NCBI GenBank assembly: GCA_028534125.1
Contig: CM052818.1
Span: 38,380,001-38,444,000 of the forward strand
DNA: 64,000 nucleotides
Origin: Lama glama
Lineage: Eukaryota
Reading direction: 5' to 3'
Part shown: piece by piece, positions 52,491 to 64,000 of the stretch
How positions within the stretch are numbered: the stretch's first letter is position 1
Layout: the number at the start of each line of letters is the position of its first letter
Made by a program: the position numbers and the translations under genes
The notes under the pieces: model-generated
Told to the model about the DNA's origin: nothing
Database searches by the model: none
The model's input: the letters and a program-made list of their open reading frames with translations, nothing else

Positions 52491-53501
52491 TTGCATTGTA
52501 TAGCTTCCTGTTCTGCTTTAATTTTTTACAATATGTATCTATTAATTTTTCAATTTTGAAAAGAAACTAATAAAATAAAACTGTTTTAAAGAAAACAAGT
52601 AGGCAGTGAGAACAAGGAAAAATCATATTCAATCTGGGTATGAGCAAATGTGAGACCTAAAAAATAATGTATAAGAATGAGTGTACAAAACAAAATAAAA
52701 CTATATAATATATACAAAAAGACAATATAACTTAAAAGAATACTGTATTCAAGAAGCCGAGAAATAGTGTACTTTTAAAAAGAGTTACTTGAGGGAAAAA
52801 AAATAAATGAGTAAGTATAAGGAAGCCACAGACAAAGACCTAAGTGGAGTGGTGGTCCCAGACCAGGCAATCTCCACAGACGGGCAGCAAGCCTGGGCAC
52901 AGAGAGAGGAGCGTAGCAGGGCTCAACTACAACATGCACCATGTCAGATCATGCAGAAAGCAGCAATGATGGATTCTTGAATGCCTTGTGACAGCCGTCA
53001 GGAACCCTGCAGACACCACAGGCAGACAGGACTGAGGTCTAACAGTTCACAGGTAAAACAATGCGAACCAGGCACTTGACTGGGTGGTGGGAACATCTTC
53101 AGAAAGTACGGCTCTACCACATCCCTAGTAAGTCCAGAGTGTCTCTGGGTTCTCTGGGTCCTACTAACTTTGGGGTTTTCTAATTCAACAGTAACATTTT
53201 GTAAATAGCAAATGAGAACATTTTCCCATTTACTTTTCACTTGCAGTTGATGCAGCATACAGCTGAAGGTAGGGAAAGAACTGTACAAATTGGAATGAGT
53301 TCCTTAGATATTTGGGATGTTTAGGGGATTTTTCCAAGAAAAAATATGGTAGCAATTTTTTCTACACCATTGTTTCTTATGTAAACCTATTAGTTTTCAC
53401 TGTAGAGTGATGAACTTTTTTGTTTTATTATTTTAGTTCACACAAAATATATCCAGCACCAGTCTTAGTTCAATTGTGCTGGAGATCCTTAAAAAAAATA
53501 T

Positions 53502-53504
<3 letters not shown>

Positions 53505-53544
<40 letters not shown>
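53505..53544. repeat. (GATA)10 tetranucleotide microsatellite
   Basis: Ten perfect GATA units. Confidence 0.97.
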
Positions 53545-53545
<1 letters not shown>

Positions 53546-54212
53546 GACCTGCTTAATTTCACTTACATATCTTGTTTCATCTAAAGTTATAAAAATGATT
53601 ACCTTTTAAAAGTAGCAACTTCCAATGTGTGTACAGAAAGAGCATGCCCTGCTTTGGGGTGAATTTTTTCTAAACTAAGAAGCTTGAAATCATCTTTTTT
53701 TTTCCCCTATCTATTAATAAATAAAAGAATGTGACTACTATTAGACATATGTTTTAATTTTCTTTCAAATCACATGTATTGTCCAAGTAATTAGTCTAAT
53801 AGTACATGTATCTGTTTTGTTAAATTAGTTAACACATGTTTTGTGTAGAATAAAATATAATAACAACAGAGTTTCCCTTAGCTAAATATAACAATATAAA
53901 TATATTTGGTGTTCTTATAACATTCATTATTCTGAACACAGGATAGCAAAAATATCCTCCAGTCAAGCCTAACTAATAATGAATTAGAGTTGCTTCATAT
54001 CCAATAATTTTACCAGTATATAGATTAGAATTTTAATGCATTTATTAAATAAAACATACTTCACTGTTATTTTATAATTAAAACTTACATCCAGTACTCT
54101 CACTTCTAGAAATATATCCCAAATAAATTAACCTCAAATAGAAAAGAAAATCATTTGTTCAAAGCTATTCAAAAGTACTGCTATCGGCAACTGACAAAAA
54201 TAGGAAATCATA

Positions 54213-54558
54213 CGTAGCAAGATCAGCTACCTATTCACTAAAGATGAGTGCCTTCTCTCCTCAGAAAAGTGTTACAGCTGACACCTGGCTGCCCGTGCAG
54301 AATCTATATATTCTTCTCCACTCTTTCTTTCTCTGTCTGCTGATTAAATGCAGAATACTCTCAGACTTTAGGGGATGACAGAGCCTCAGATGGAAAGAGC
54401 CTGGGTTCCCGAATTACCACATGGAAGAAAACCACCTAGAAACCGTGAACATTTGCACTGGACCTTCACGTGAGCAAAAAATTAAATTTTATTGTAATAA
54501 GCCACCGAAATTTTGTGTTTCACTTATTACAATGACTAGTATTATGATAAATAATACA
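54213..54558 (+). mobile_element. MaLR LTR (MLT1I/J-like) within an old L1 fragment
   Basis: 'agatggaaagagcctgggttccc', 'tgagcaaaaaattaaattttattgtaataagccacc', ends 'aataca'. Confidence 0.75.
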
Positions 54559-55544
54559 CCAACAAAATGCTCAATAGTGCAGAATGATTAAAGAAGCTAT
54601 AGTATATCAAAACGGAGAGACAGACATTAGCATCTCTGGGGCAGGCTCTGTGTCGCCCACCCCTCACACTTAACACAGTGTGGGACACATGGAAATTACT
54701 CACCATCTACTAAACAAATGCAAACACCCATTTATCCAAAGACATTTGCTCCATTTGGATTTAACTACACTTCTTTTCTAAAGGTAGTCTATTTTCATTT
54801 CCCACCACCTAAACCTGCAATTTCTTAGACCAATTTCTTTAAGCTTTTCAGCCCTCTGCTTTAAACCAATACTACACAGCAAACCATGTAAGAAGCAATA
54901 GAGAATTAACTTGAGATTATCAGGCTAATGATACAGCTATCACAGTGTGGAATGCTTTGTGAAAAGAATATCACTGCTGGAGAATAAAATGTGAACACAT
55001 TTTCTAGGATTTCACCAGGTATCTCCATCTGTATGCATAGGCCAGGTTTTTGTTTGGTGTTTGCCTGAGCTGCTTAAGGCCTTTTTCCTGTGAAGGGACA
55101 ATCCTGCCTAATTACTATACTCCATTTGTCCTACACATAAGAATACATAGGTTCCTTCTTTATTAGCTTCTCTCAGCAAAACAGTACCATGACACAGAAT
55201 CTGAACTCAACCCAATTAGGAACTTTCAAGTCAGAATAAAAGGAAGAAGCTCCACACGTACCACATACAACCTGCATTCCAGAAATAGATCTGAAGCATC
55301 CAGGTGGGCCCGAGCCAGCAAGTTCACTTTCCTGTCACCAAGTCACCACTAATAGGAGAAAGGACACATCTGCATCACCTAGGAATATTTCCTTACCTGC
55401 CAAAAGGAAACTGCATTTCCCTCGAGGAAGCCAACCCTTCCAATCTCAGAGGTTTAATGGGTATTCACTACTAAACTTCTCCCTGCCACAGTACAGATAA
55501 GGAAGCAAGTGAGCAATCCGCTAACTTAGTTCCACTGAAAGGAT

Positions 55545-56135
55545 TATTGGCCTTCGTGTTTCCTCTCTAGCCCCTTACATTCCACTTGCGGTATGGAAGC
55601 CACAGCAAACCCTTATCAATAGGTCAGATCATATCAGCTCTCTCTCAAAGCCCTGCCTTGGCTTCCTGTTTAAAAGGCCTTTATGATCTGGACCCCACAA
55701 TCTCTGACATCTCTTCCTCTCCCTTTACTAAGTGTTCCAAGAACACTGGCCTTCTTGCTGTTCTTTAAATAGAAGAAGCCACTCAAAAGCCCATGCAAAG
55801 TCTTTCTATTGCTGATCCATAGACTACTCCTACTCTAGACACTCACCACGACTAACTCACAGACCTCTCAGGTGTTTGCTCAAATATGACCTTCTCGGTG
55901 AGTACCCCTGGCCAACACACAAACCCTATTCCCCTCTTCTGCTTCACCTTCCCCCATATAATTTGTTATCTTTCATCATAGTAAATACTTTCTTAATTTG
56001 TTTATTATCTACCTTCCCTTACTGTAACAAGCTCCATCAGGGCACAGATTTTTGTCTGTCTATATACTGTGGTATCTTTAGTTCCTAACTCATAATAGGT
56101 ATCCAATGAATATTCATTAAAAGAAAGAATTCAAT
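55545..56135 (+). mobile_element. L2 LINE 3' end
   Basis: 'ggcctttatgatctgg', 'actggccttcttgctgttc', 'aagctccatcagggcacagatttttgtct', tail 'taggtatccaatgaatattcatt'. Confidence 0.85.
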
Positions 56136-56904
56136 GCCTACTAGACACAAAAAAATTAGTGTGCAAAATAGTGTTACTACTGTATAGACTATTGCTTTTA
56201 GCACCAAAGCAAAAATTGACAGTCTTAGCAACAAAGATTAGGGGCCTCCTCCGAAAAATAGATTTCTCATTTATTACCTTTCAAACCAATATTTTTTTCT
56301 GAGTCATTCTACTTGCACCCTCTATCCCAGACTGCAGTCACTCTCATCTAGCTCTTGTTGTTGGGTTTTGTTGTTAATCTGGTTTAAAAAAAAAAAAAGA
56401 CTATCTGAAACCAATTCTCCTACATTCTGATTACAGATTATCTCCACCATCCTCTATTAATTTCTGAACACAAATTACCTAACCTGGGTCCACTGACTTT
56501 TCTTATGTTAAAGAAATATGTAGCCATTGGATCCAAAAAGAAAATCAAGTCCATTTCTTATTCTGATACTATTTGTGAAAACTCTGTTCCCTTGTTTAAG
56601 ACACATTTAACAACAAAACAAGATGTTCTCAGTTTCCATACTATATTTATACAAAACTATTGGTTAGGACTTTTATTTCTAAGTTTTTCCTTAGGATTTC
56701 TTTATCACCGAAACAAGTAATAGAAAGTTTAAAAATCAACCATAATAGAAGGCTGCCTCCTTTTCCCCTCAAAAATTTTGCAACAAAGACTATACTCATT
56801 AATTTTTTTCCCCAGTCCCTCCCTACAAAGTAGTGTTTTCTTGATAAAAAAAAACAATCTTAGACACATCAGAAAGCACTGCCAAGATACATTCCAGCTC
56901 AACC

Positions 56905-57115
56905 CCTAACAATAATAAAAGGAGGTACTATATACATGTGTAAGCTATTATTTATTTATTATAATAATTATTATCATTATAGCCCTACAATATAAGTTAG
57001 AGCACTTTACAGAAAGAAAGCTGAGCTTTCAGAGAGGCGATGTTCCCCATGGTTCCTACCACAATCCACATCTAGATCTGCAGACATGCTTGTGTTCTTC
57101 CCACCTCACTGTGCT
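56905..57115 (-). mobile_element. MIR SINE fragment
   Basis: 'agccctacaa...cactttacagaaagaaagctgagc...cagagagg'. Confidence 0.55.
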
Positions 57116-57929
57116 GCCTCCGTACCAGTGCCAAGTCCAATCCTGACAGAACCTCCTTAACTGAAACTTATGGCCTCACACTCCCTCATGTTATTAAGGA
57201 AATGAATCATTAGTACTTGGCAACATTTACCAACTCCTAGTGAACAGATTACATAACACTCTGCATGTAATCATTTAGTAAGCAGCTAAATTACTATTTT
57301 AATCTAATGTAAAAACAGCTCTGAAGTTGTTAGTGTTAATGAGAAATCATCACATCCATATTAGTAAGTCCCATTCCTTAATAATTGATACTCCATTCAT
57401 ATTGCTTATAGGATAATGTTTACTGGAACTTTGTTTAATTTTATTAACACAACTTGAAAGGCATAGATACTTAAGGGATTTAATCAGGTATTTTAAATTA
57501 GAGAAAAGCAAACCATATTTCATAGTATCAGAATACAATGGAGAGCAGATCTACTCCAACTTTATCTAGTCTAGCCTAAATTTAGCTCTACATAAGATGA
57601 GTTATTAAGGTCAAAAGTAACAACTGGAAGTTTAATTGAAACATCATCAGAGCACAGGAAAAAATACAGAAATGTACTTCTAAGTTATGACCAAACATTA
57701 AAATGTAAGTCAGACAGCAACACTTAATTCATCTACTCTTCATCTACTTACCAAAACGTACACAAAATCTCATAACAAGAAAGGAAGTGCAAAGAGCACT
57801 GGAAATTGGTAATATTGGTGAGTTATCTGCCAATTATAAAATATTTAATTCCAGAAGGTCAGAACTAAAGGGTCAGACAAAATAATGGTAGATTTCTACC
57901 CAAGCCATTGCTTAGCTCAACCTCTGTCC

Positions 57930-58924
57930 TTCAGGGAGGGACAGAAAAAAAATCTGTGAAGAAATAACAGAAACTTCTCAAATAATAAAAACTATATACC
58001 TATAGCTCTAACTATTTTAATTAACTCCAAGCAAAAAAGAAAAAAGAAAACTACACCATAGCACATATTATCAAATTGCCCTAAATAAGTGATAAAGAGG
58101 AAATCTTAAACACAGCCAGGGATGTGAAGGAAAATACATTAAGTACAGAGAAATAAATATCATGGTGATGGCAGACTTCTCATTGGAAATACTGCAAATA
58201 TGAAAATAGTGGAACAATATGTTTAAGTACTGAAGAAAAAGAAACTGTCAACCTAGAATTATATATCCAGCAAAAGTGTCTTTCAAATATGGAGGTGAAG
58301 TAAACAATTTTTCAATAATATAAAATTTGAAAGAATTCATCACCAGCAAACTCACACTACAAGAAATGCTAAAGAAAGCAGAAGTCATTTTCTTCAAGCA
58401 AAATAAAAATAATAGACAAAAATATGGATTTACACTGGAAATGATAACTACATGTATAAATATACAAGATTTTTGTTGTGATTTGCAGCTTTTTAAATAT
58501 AGTAATTTAAACAAAAATAATGGAGTTTATAACATATAAGTAAAATGTATGAAAACAATGTTCAAGAAATGAAAGCATACAACTGGAAGATTCTTATACT
58601 GTACATGAAGTTACCACATACCACTGGAAAGTAAACTGGTAAGTTTACATATGTAATTATAGACTTCAAAGAAACCACTAAATTAACAAAACTCCCAGAG
58701 TTATACCTAAAAAGCCAACAAAGGAGGTAAAATGGAATTAATCCTAAAAGAAGGCAGAAAGAAAGGAGAAAAAGGGAAGAATAGATGGGACAAATAGAAA
58801 ACAGGTAATAAGATGACAGACTTAAACCTAACCACATCTACAACCACATTAAATGTAAATGTAAATAGTCTGATAATACCAATTAAAAAACAGACTGTCC
58901 CACTGTGTTAAAAAAAACAACACT
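57930..58924 (+). mobile_element. Old L1M relic: ORF1 C-terminus through ORF2 start
   Basis: Translates to 'NCQPRIIYPAKVSFK...LKEFITSKLTLQEMLK' (L1 ORF1p C-terminus-like) and 'TTLNVN...IPIKKQ' (endonuclease start-like); disrupted. Confidence 0.85.
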
Positions 58925-59424
58925 NNNNNNNNNNNNNNNNNNNNNNNNNNNNNNNNNNNNNNNNNNNNNNNNNNNNNNNNNNNNNNNNNNNNNNNNNNNN
59001 NNNNNNNNNNNNNNNNNNNNNNNNNNNNNNNNNNNNNNNNNNNNNNNNNNNNNNNNNNNNNNNNNNNNNNNNNNNNNNNNNNNNNNNNNNNNNNNNNNNN
59101 NNNNNNNNNNNNNNNNNNNNNNNNNNNNNNNNNNNNNNNNNNNNNNNNNNNNNNNNNNNNNNNNNNNNNNNNNNNNNNNNNNNNNNNNNNNNNNNNNNNN
59201 NNNNNNNNNNNNNNNNNNNNNNNNNNNNNNNNNNNNNNNNNNNNNNNNNNNNNNNNNNNNNNNNNNNNNNNNNNNNNNNNNNNNNNNNNNNNNNNNNNNN
59301 NNNNNNNNNNNNNNNNNNNNNNNNNNNNNNNNNNNNNNNNNNNNNNNNNNNNNNNNNNNNNNNNNNNNNNNNNNNNNNNNNNNNNNNNNNNNNNNNNNNN
59401 NNNNNNNNNNNNNNNNNNNNNNNN
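58925..59424. other. Assembly gap (exactly 500 N)
   Basis: Run of N. Confidence 1.
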
Positions 59425-59595
59425 AATGTTATGATAAATCACAGAGAAAAAAATGTGACAATGAGTGTGTATATGTCCATGAATGACTGAAAAATTGTGC
59501 TGAACACTGGAATTTGACACAACATTGTAAAATGATTATAAATCAATAAAAAATTTTTAAAAAAAGAATAGAAAAAGGGAAAAGAAAAAAATGCA
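59425..59595 (+). mobile_element. Young camelid-type L1 3' end with A-rich tail
   Basis: 'gaatgactgaaaaattgtgctgaacactggaatttgacacaacattgtaaaatgattataaatcaataaaa'. Confidence 0.85.
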
Positions 59596-59871
59596 AAATT
59601 AAATATCATATTTTTGGATCAGATACAAATATGGTAAAACTAGGTAGAAAAACACTAGAATGAGAATCACGAAAATCGGGAATTTGCTTACATTAATAGG
59701 AAGGGAGGGTGATGTAATTAGAGGGGGACATATAGAGAGTCTTTCAAAGGTAGAGGTGATGCTTTGTTTCTCAAGTTGAGGGCATGAGTACTTTTTTATT
59801 GTTATTAGTTAAATCACAGGGAAAAAACATCAATCTGTTTTCCAATTATTTAAACGATAAGTCCAATTTTT

Positions 59872-59967
59872 GTTTTTGTTTTGTTTTTTAATAGAGGTAC
59901 TGGAATTGAACCCAGGACCTTGTGCACGTTAAGCATGTGCTCTACCACTGACCTATACCCATCCCCC
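59872..59967 (-). mobile_element. tRNA-Ala-derived camelid SINE (Vic-1-like)
   Basis: Reverse complement 'gggtataggtcagtggtagagcacatgcttaacgtgcacaaggtcctgggttcaattccagtacctc' plus A-rich tail; A/B boxes; 14-bp TSD taagtccaattttt at 59858-59871 and 59968-59981. Confidence 0.92.
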
Positions 59968-62900
59968 TAAGTCCAATTTTTTTTTTAATCCTGAAATTTC
60001 TTAACAGGAACTAGCAACTTTCAGGAAAACTGTCAAAATACACCTATAATTAAGCAAGGATAAGGCTAGCAGAACTTTTTTTCTCCTCTAGACGTATCAT
60101 AAACTTCTGCTACAAATAGTGTGACAAAACAGCACAGATTTTACAAGATGCTTTTTTTCTTGCAGAGAAAGCTACCACATATTAACTAAACAATTTAAAA
60201 CACTGAAGTAAGTCCTGAATGTTGAAACCTCGAATCTGGATGATAGAGTCAGTGCTGGTAATATTCTTTACTCAGAATCTCTTCTTATATGAGTATGTTT
60301 CTGTTTTCCTCCAACCTAACCAACCCACTCAGTAAGAAAAAATAAACAGGGATAAGGGAAATCAAATGTTTGAATGGTAGAGACTGAACTTTAATTTTTA
60401 TATTATCCTAAAACTACATAAATCATAAAAGGAAATGTTGAAATGTTCAATATGGTTTGCTGTTATAACTTTGTTTTTCAAGGGCATCTGAGGAGTGAGT
60501 TCAGCATGCTCATTCCCCCACAACTATGAACGTGCATCCTCCTAAACAGGCTGATGACTAAATATGACAAAGGAAAATTTCTAGATAAATTTGTTTATCA
60601 AAAGCCACTCCTTCAGCAAAGAATACAAAGGTAAGTTGCACAGAACTGGCCTTAACCAATAGTAACATGTCAGCAACTAGAAAAAGGTTAAAGCAAAAGG
60701 CAAAACTGTTAAGATATGAAAAATTATTCTTTTAACAAAGGCACTGGTATTTGAGAGCATTAACACAATAGTATAGAATAATAATAGTAAATGTAATCCA
60801 AATCAATGCCAATTTCTTGAGGCCCGACATTTTCTTTCTCTCTAATTATCTGTACTAAAGTTAGCAAAGGTAAGAAGTAAGCAATTAGCATGTGCTAACA
60901 ACCCAATAGTATGTTCTACGTGAAACACTCTGTGACACGACAATAGCTGTATGTAAGGAGGGACATGCAACGGTAATAACGTCACTGGGCACAGGATTCC
61001 TCAAACCACACTTACTAATTCTATGTCATCAAGGATATGAAATCCTCCAAATCACAAACATAAGCCCTGCAGCAGCCCAAAGGATATGCCAACATTCTGG
61101 CTACCCTGGGCGGTTTAAAGAACAGTTTCTTGACCAATGTATGCCACAGAGAATTTTGTGCACAGGGAAGAAACGGAAAGGACTGTACCACTGACTGATG
61201 TATCAGTCAACTAGAAACCTCTACAAAAATACTTCTACTCATCTTGTAAATCTTCATCACATTTAACTGAGCAGGCTACAGTCTCATCAAAATTCAAATC
61301 AATTTATTATGAAGTTTAGAAATGTCTGATTAATAAAGCCAGTAGCCTTCACATTTCTTACAACTTTTATTCATATATAATATATGTCAGGGAAAAGATT
61401 TACAGAGTTTGTGTCCTGTTGTTTCCCTTCACTAGCCTCCTAATCGTTTATGGAGATAATCTCCAACATTCATCATGAGATCCAGGAAATATAGTGCCTG
61501 GCCAGACTGCAAAGGTGATCAGCAGGACAGAGGGTAACTACTGATGTCTCATTCATCGGTCAGGATACCTCTGCTGAAAGCCCAGAAGAGAAAAACACGG
61601 CGGGAATCACCAACATTGATATAGTCCTGAAGCATCGTTTACAAGCAACAAGCTCAAAAATGCCCTTATAAAAGGTGTCTCAAAGACTACATAAGTTCAT
61701 TCAAAGGCAAGAGTGAATAATAGAAACTAAAAAGAGTAAAACCATTTACTTTGTTACCGTAGAACAAATCAAGCATATTCATACTAATTTCAAAAACTGT
61801 TATTTTCTTTCTTGGTGAAAACAGAAATCCATATGGCACTGTGGGTCTGCCAGACCACCATGAGGATGATATGATCTCATGTGTGAATTTATTTAAAGGT
61901 GCTTTTAAAAGAGGACATTAACCAATTTAGGCATTTACTTTTCATTAGTCACTTATCGTAACTGGCTGCTGCTTTATTTCATCACCATTATATTAAGACT
62001 TTGACAGACTAAACTCTTGTTATCGAGAGCTCTCGTGTATTCATTCCTTGATTTATCTGGTGCGGGGTCATTGTTTAAAAAGAATGTAGGCTGTCTTAAA
62101 TTAAGTACATTTGAAGTAAAATAAATAAACTCATTTATAACCTAGCAAAAGTGCTGTAGCCCAGCACTTTACCCATGTACCTGAACACAGCCGAGGCCTC
62201 CAGCAGCAAGGCAGAATTGTAAATAAGGATGAAATCACCACAGACTCCTCAGAAAGGTGGTGTTTCTTTTACTGCACGGTAGGTTGATGGGTCAGTTCTG
62301 TGCCCCCATATGAAACAAGAGGATCCATACTGGCAATGTTGGTAACATTTTGAAATCCTTTATGAGGAGTACCTAAATAACAGCTCTAGTACAAAAAACC
62401 TAAAATACTCAAGAAAAATCACCATTCAAATGGTGACCCTGCATAGCTCTATCTCCCTCAGCAATGCCCCGCTTGCAGAAATGAAGTTTCCATGTCCCCA
62501 GTCATAAAGACTCCATAGCATAGGATTCCCTGGTTAAAGTCTGCAGATTAATTATTGTGAAAGCAGCTAGACCTCTCCCCTTTCCCATGGAAAAGTTAAG
62601 CCATAGGGAGGGCAACTCTTAACATGCCTTTGTAGCTGCCGAATATTAAGAGATGGATGTGACGGTATTCCCAATGTGATTCAAAAGATCATTTTAATTA
62701 TACATGTATGTGTGTCTGTATGTATTATTTCTTATCATACATACTCAAACACTGAAATAGAAACAATAAAGTAAACTAAATCATGACTATTCCATGGGAA
62801 AAAAAGAAGTATGCACTGCAGACACATGCACAAATTTCTACAGATTCTGGGCACACATGGTGCACAGCTGTTGACTAAATCTGGCCCTTGAGGGCCAGGA

Positions 62901-63264
62901 TGAAAGAAAACACAATTAGAGGTGAAATAAGCAGGTGTTTTCCTTTGTTTGTTTGCTTTCATTATTTGAGTGGGAAGAGCAAGATAACTTCCTATATGGC
63001 AAAGCACACAGAAGAATTTCAAACCCTTCATCTAATTGCTTTTGTCTCTTAATGGCAAAGAGACAGCATTCTCTCTGGAAATAAATTCACCTTCATGCCT
63101 ATGGAGTACAAGAATTTTTTTTAAAATGTCTTTGTTGGTCTGAGCTAAAATTAAAATATACTTGTGACACTAAATCCTACTCTGCCCTAACTCCTTAAAT
63201 ATTAAATGGACATTAATGCAGAACTTACTCTAGCTCACCTTTTATTATGGATAATTCTAATTTT

Positions 63265-63405
63265 CTCATCTCCCCTAACAGAAATAAACTTCTTGAGGTC
63301 AGAAGTGGTATTATTCATTTGCGTCCCAAACACAGACCTTGCATAAATATTTATGGAATGATTTGCATCCAGTAGACACACCAAAATATCTGTAGAATGA
63401 ATCAA
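63265..63405 (+). mobile_element. L2 LINE 3' tail
   Basis: 'taaacttcttgaggtcagaag' ... 'aaatatctgtagaatgaat'. Confidence 0.6.
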
Positions 63406-64000
63406 TTCTGAGTCCCTGAGGGAAATGGTATGAGAACAAGGATCTTTTTTGGAATCATGATATTTGAGACAAGTGTAGTCTATTTATACAGGTAACAAAT
63501 CTCACTTGCTAGTAGTAATTTAATGCAAGGAAACAAGGTAGACACTTCAAGTAAAATCCTCGTTTCCAAAGCAGAGAAGTAACAGAACAAGGATTTTTTT
63601 TCCCTCTCCTTCCAACCTACTCCTATTATGTTGCTGTTTTATCAGTTATACAGTTTTAAAGCAGTAGAAATCCTTAAAAACAAATAAAATGAAGCTATAC
63701 TACTAAGTGTGTCTATACATATAAAAATAAACATATATACTTTACACATATATGTGCAGTGGGATGATTTTAGTTTAAAGGCTATCAGTATGATATTGGC
63801 CATAATGTCTGAGAAAACTTTAGGCAGAAGGAGTTATATGAAAAAAAAAAGTTCTATGCTTGAGTTCTAATGAGGCAGCCACTGTTGGATTAAGTGCATG
63901 CAAGGGCATCAGAAATATTTTTAAACGAATCTTTTAAAATGAATAAAACATGTATGTGTGCGTGAACGGACAGCACTGGAGTAAGCATCATTAGAAGAAT

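Noticed and set aside
59872..59967. Possible tRNA-Ala gene
   Set aside because: A-rich tail, TSD and no proper acceptor-stem 3' end indicate a SINE.
1..64000. Naming a host gene, or inferring its strand from L1/LTR orientation
   Set aside because: No exon matched any protein I could recall, and repeat orientations are too mixed to infer a strand.

Overview
Mammalian, almost certainly camelid, non-coding genomic DNA (intron of a large gene or a gene desert). The lineage call rests on a tRNA-Ala-like SINE of the camelid Vic-1 type (59872-59967), young artiodactyl/camelid-type L1 3' ends, and no visible Alu, Bov-A/Bov-tA or PRE-1 SINEs. I recognise no protein-coding exon. The ORF-track entries are explained by chance, repeats, microsatellites or N-gaps. 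The left ~33 kb looks GC-richer, with MIR/L2/MaLR relics and several repeat-free, enhancer-like blocks. The right ~30 kb is AT- and L1-rich, with a nested L1/LTR stack at 40-46 kb and two exactly 500-N scaffold gaps. I found no evidence of a new multi-gene biological system. The best leads are small: a TTAA-bounded perfect 16-bp inverted-repeat element (36295-36381), a twin-primed 5'-inverted L1 inside an MLT1 LTR, a forkhead-motif minisatellite grown inside an MLT2 LTR, and a speculative chain of three minus-strand exon candidates. Repeat family names come from my recollection of consensus sequences, not from a database search. Boundaries without a TSD are approximate.
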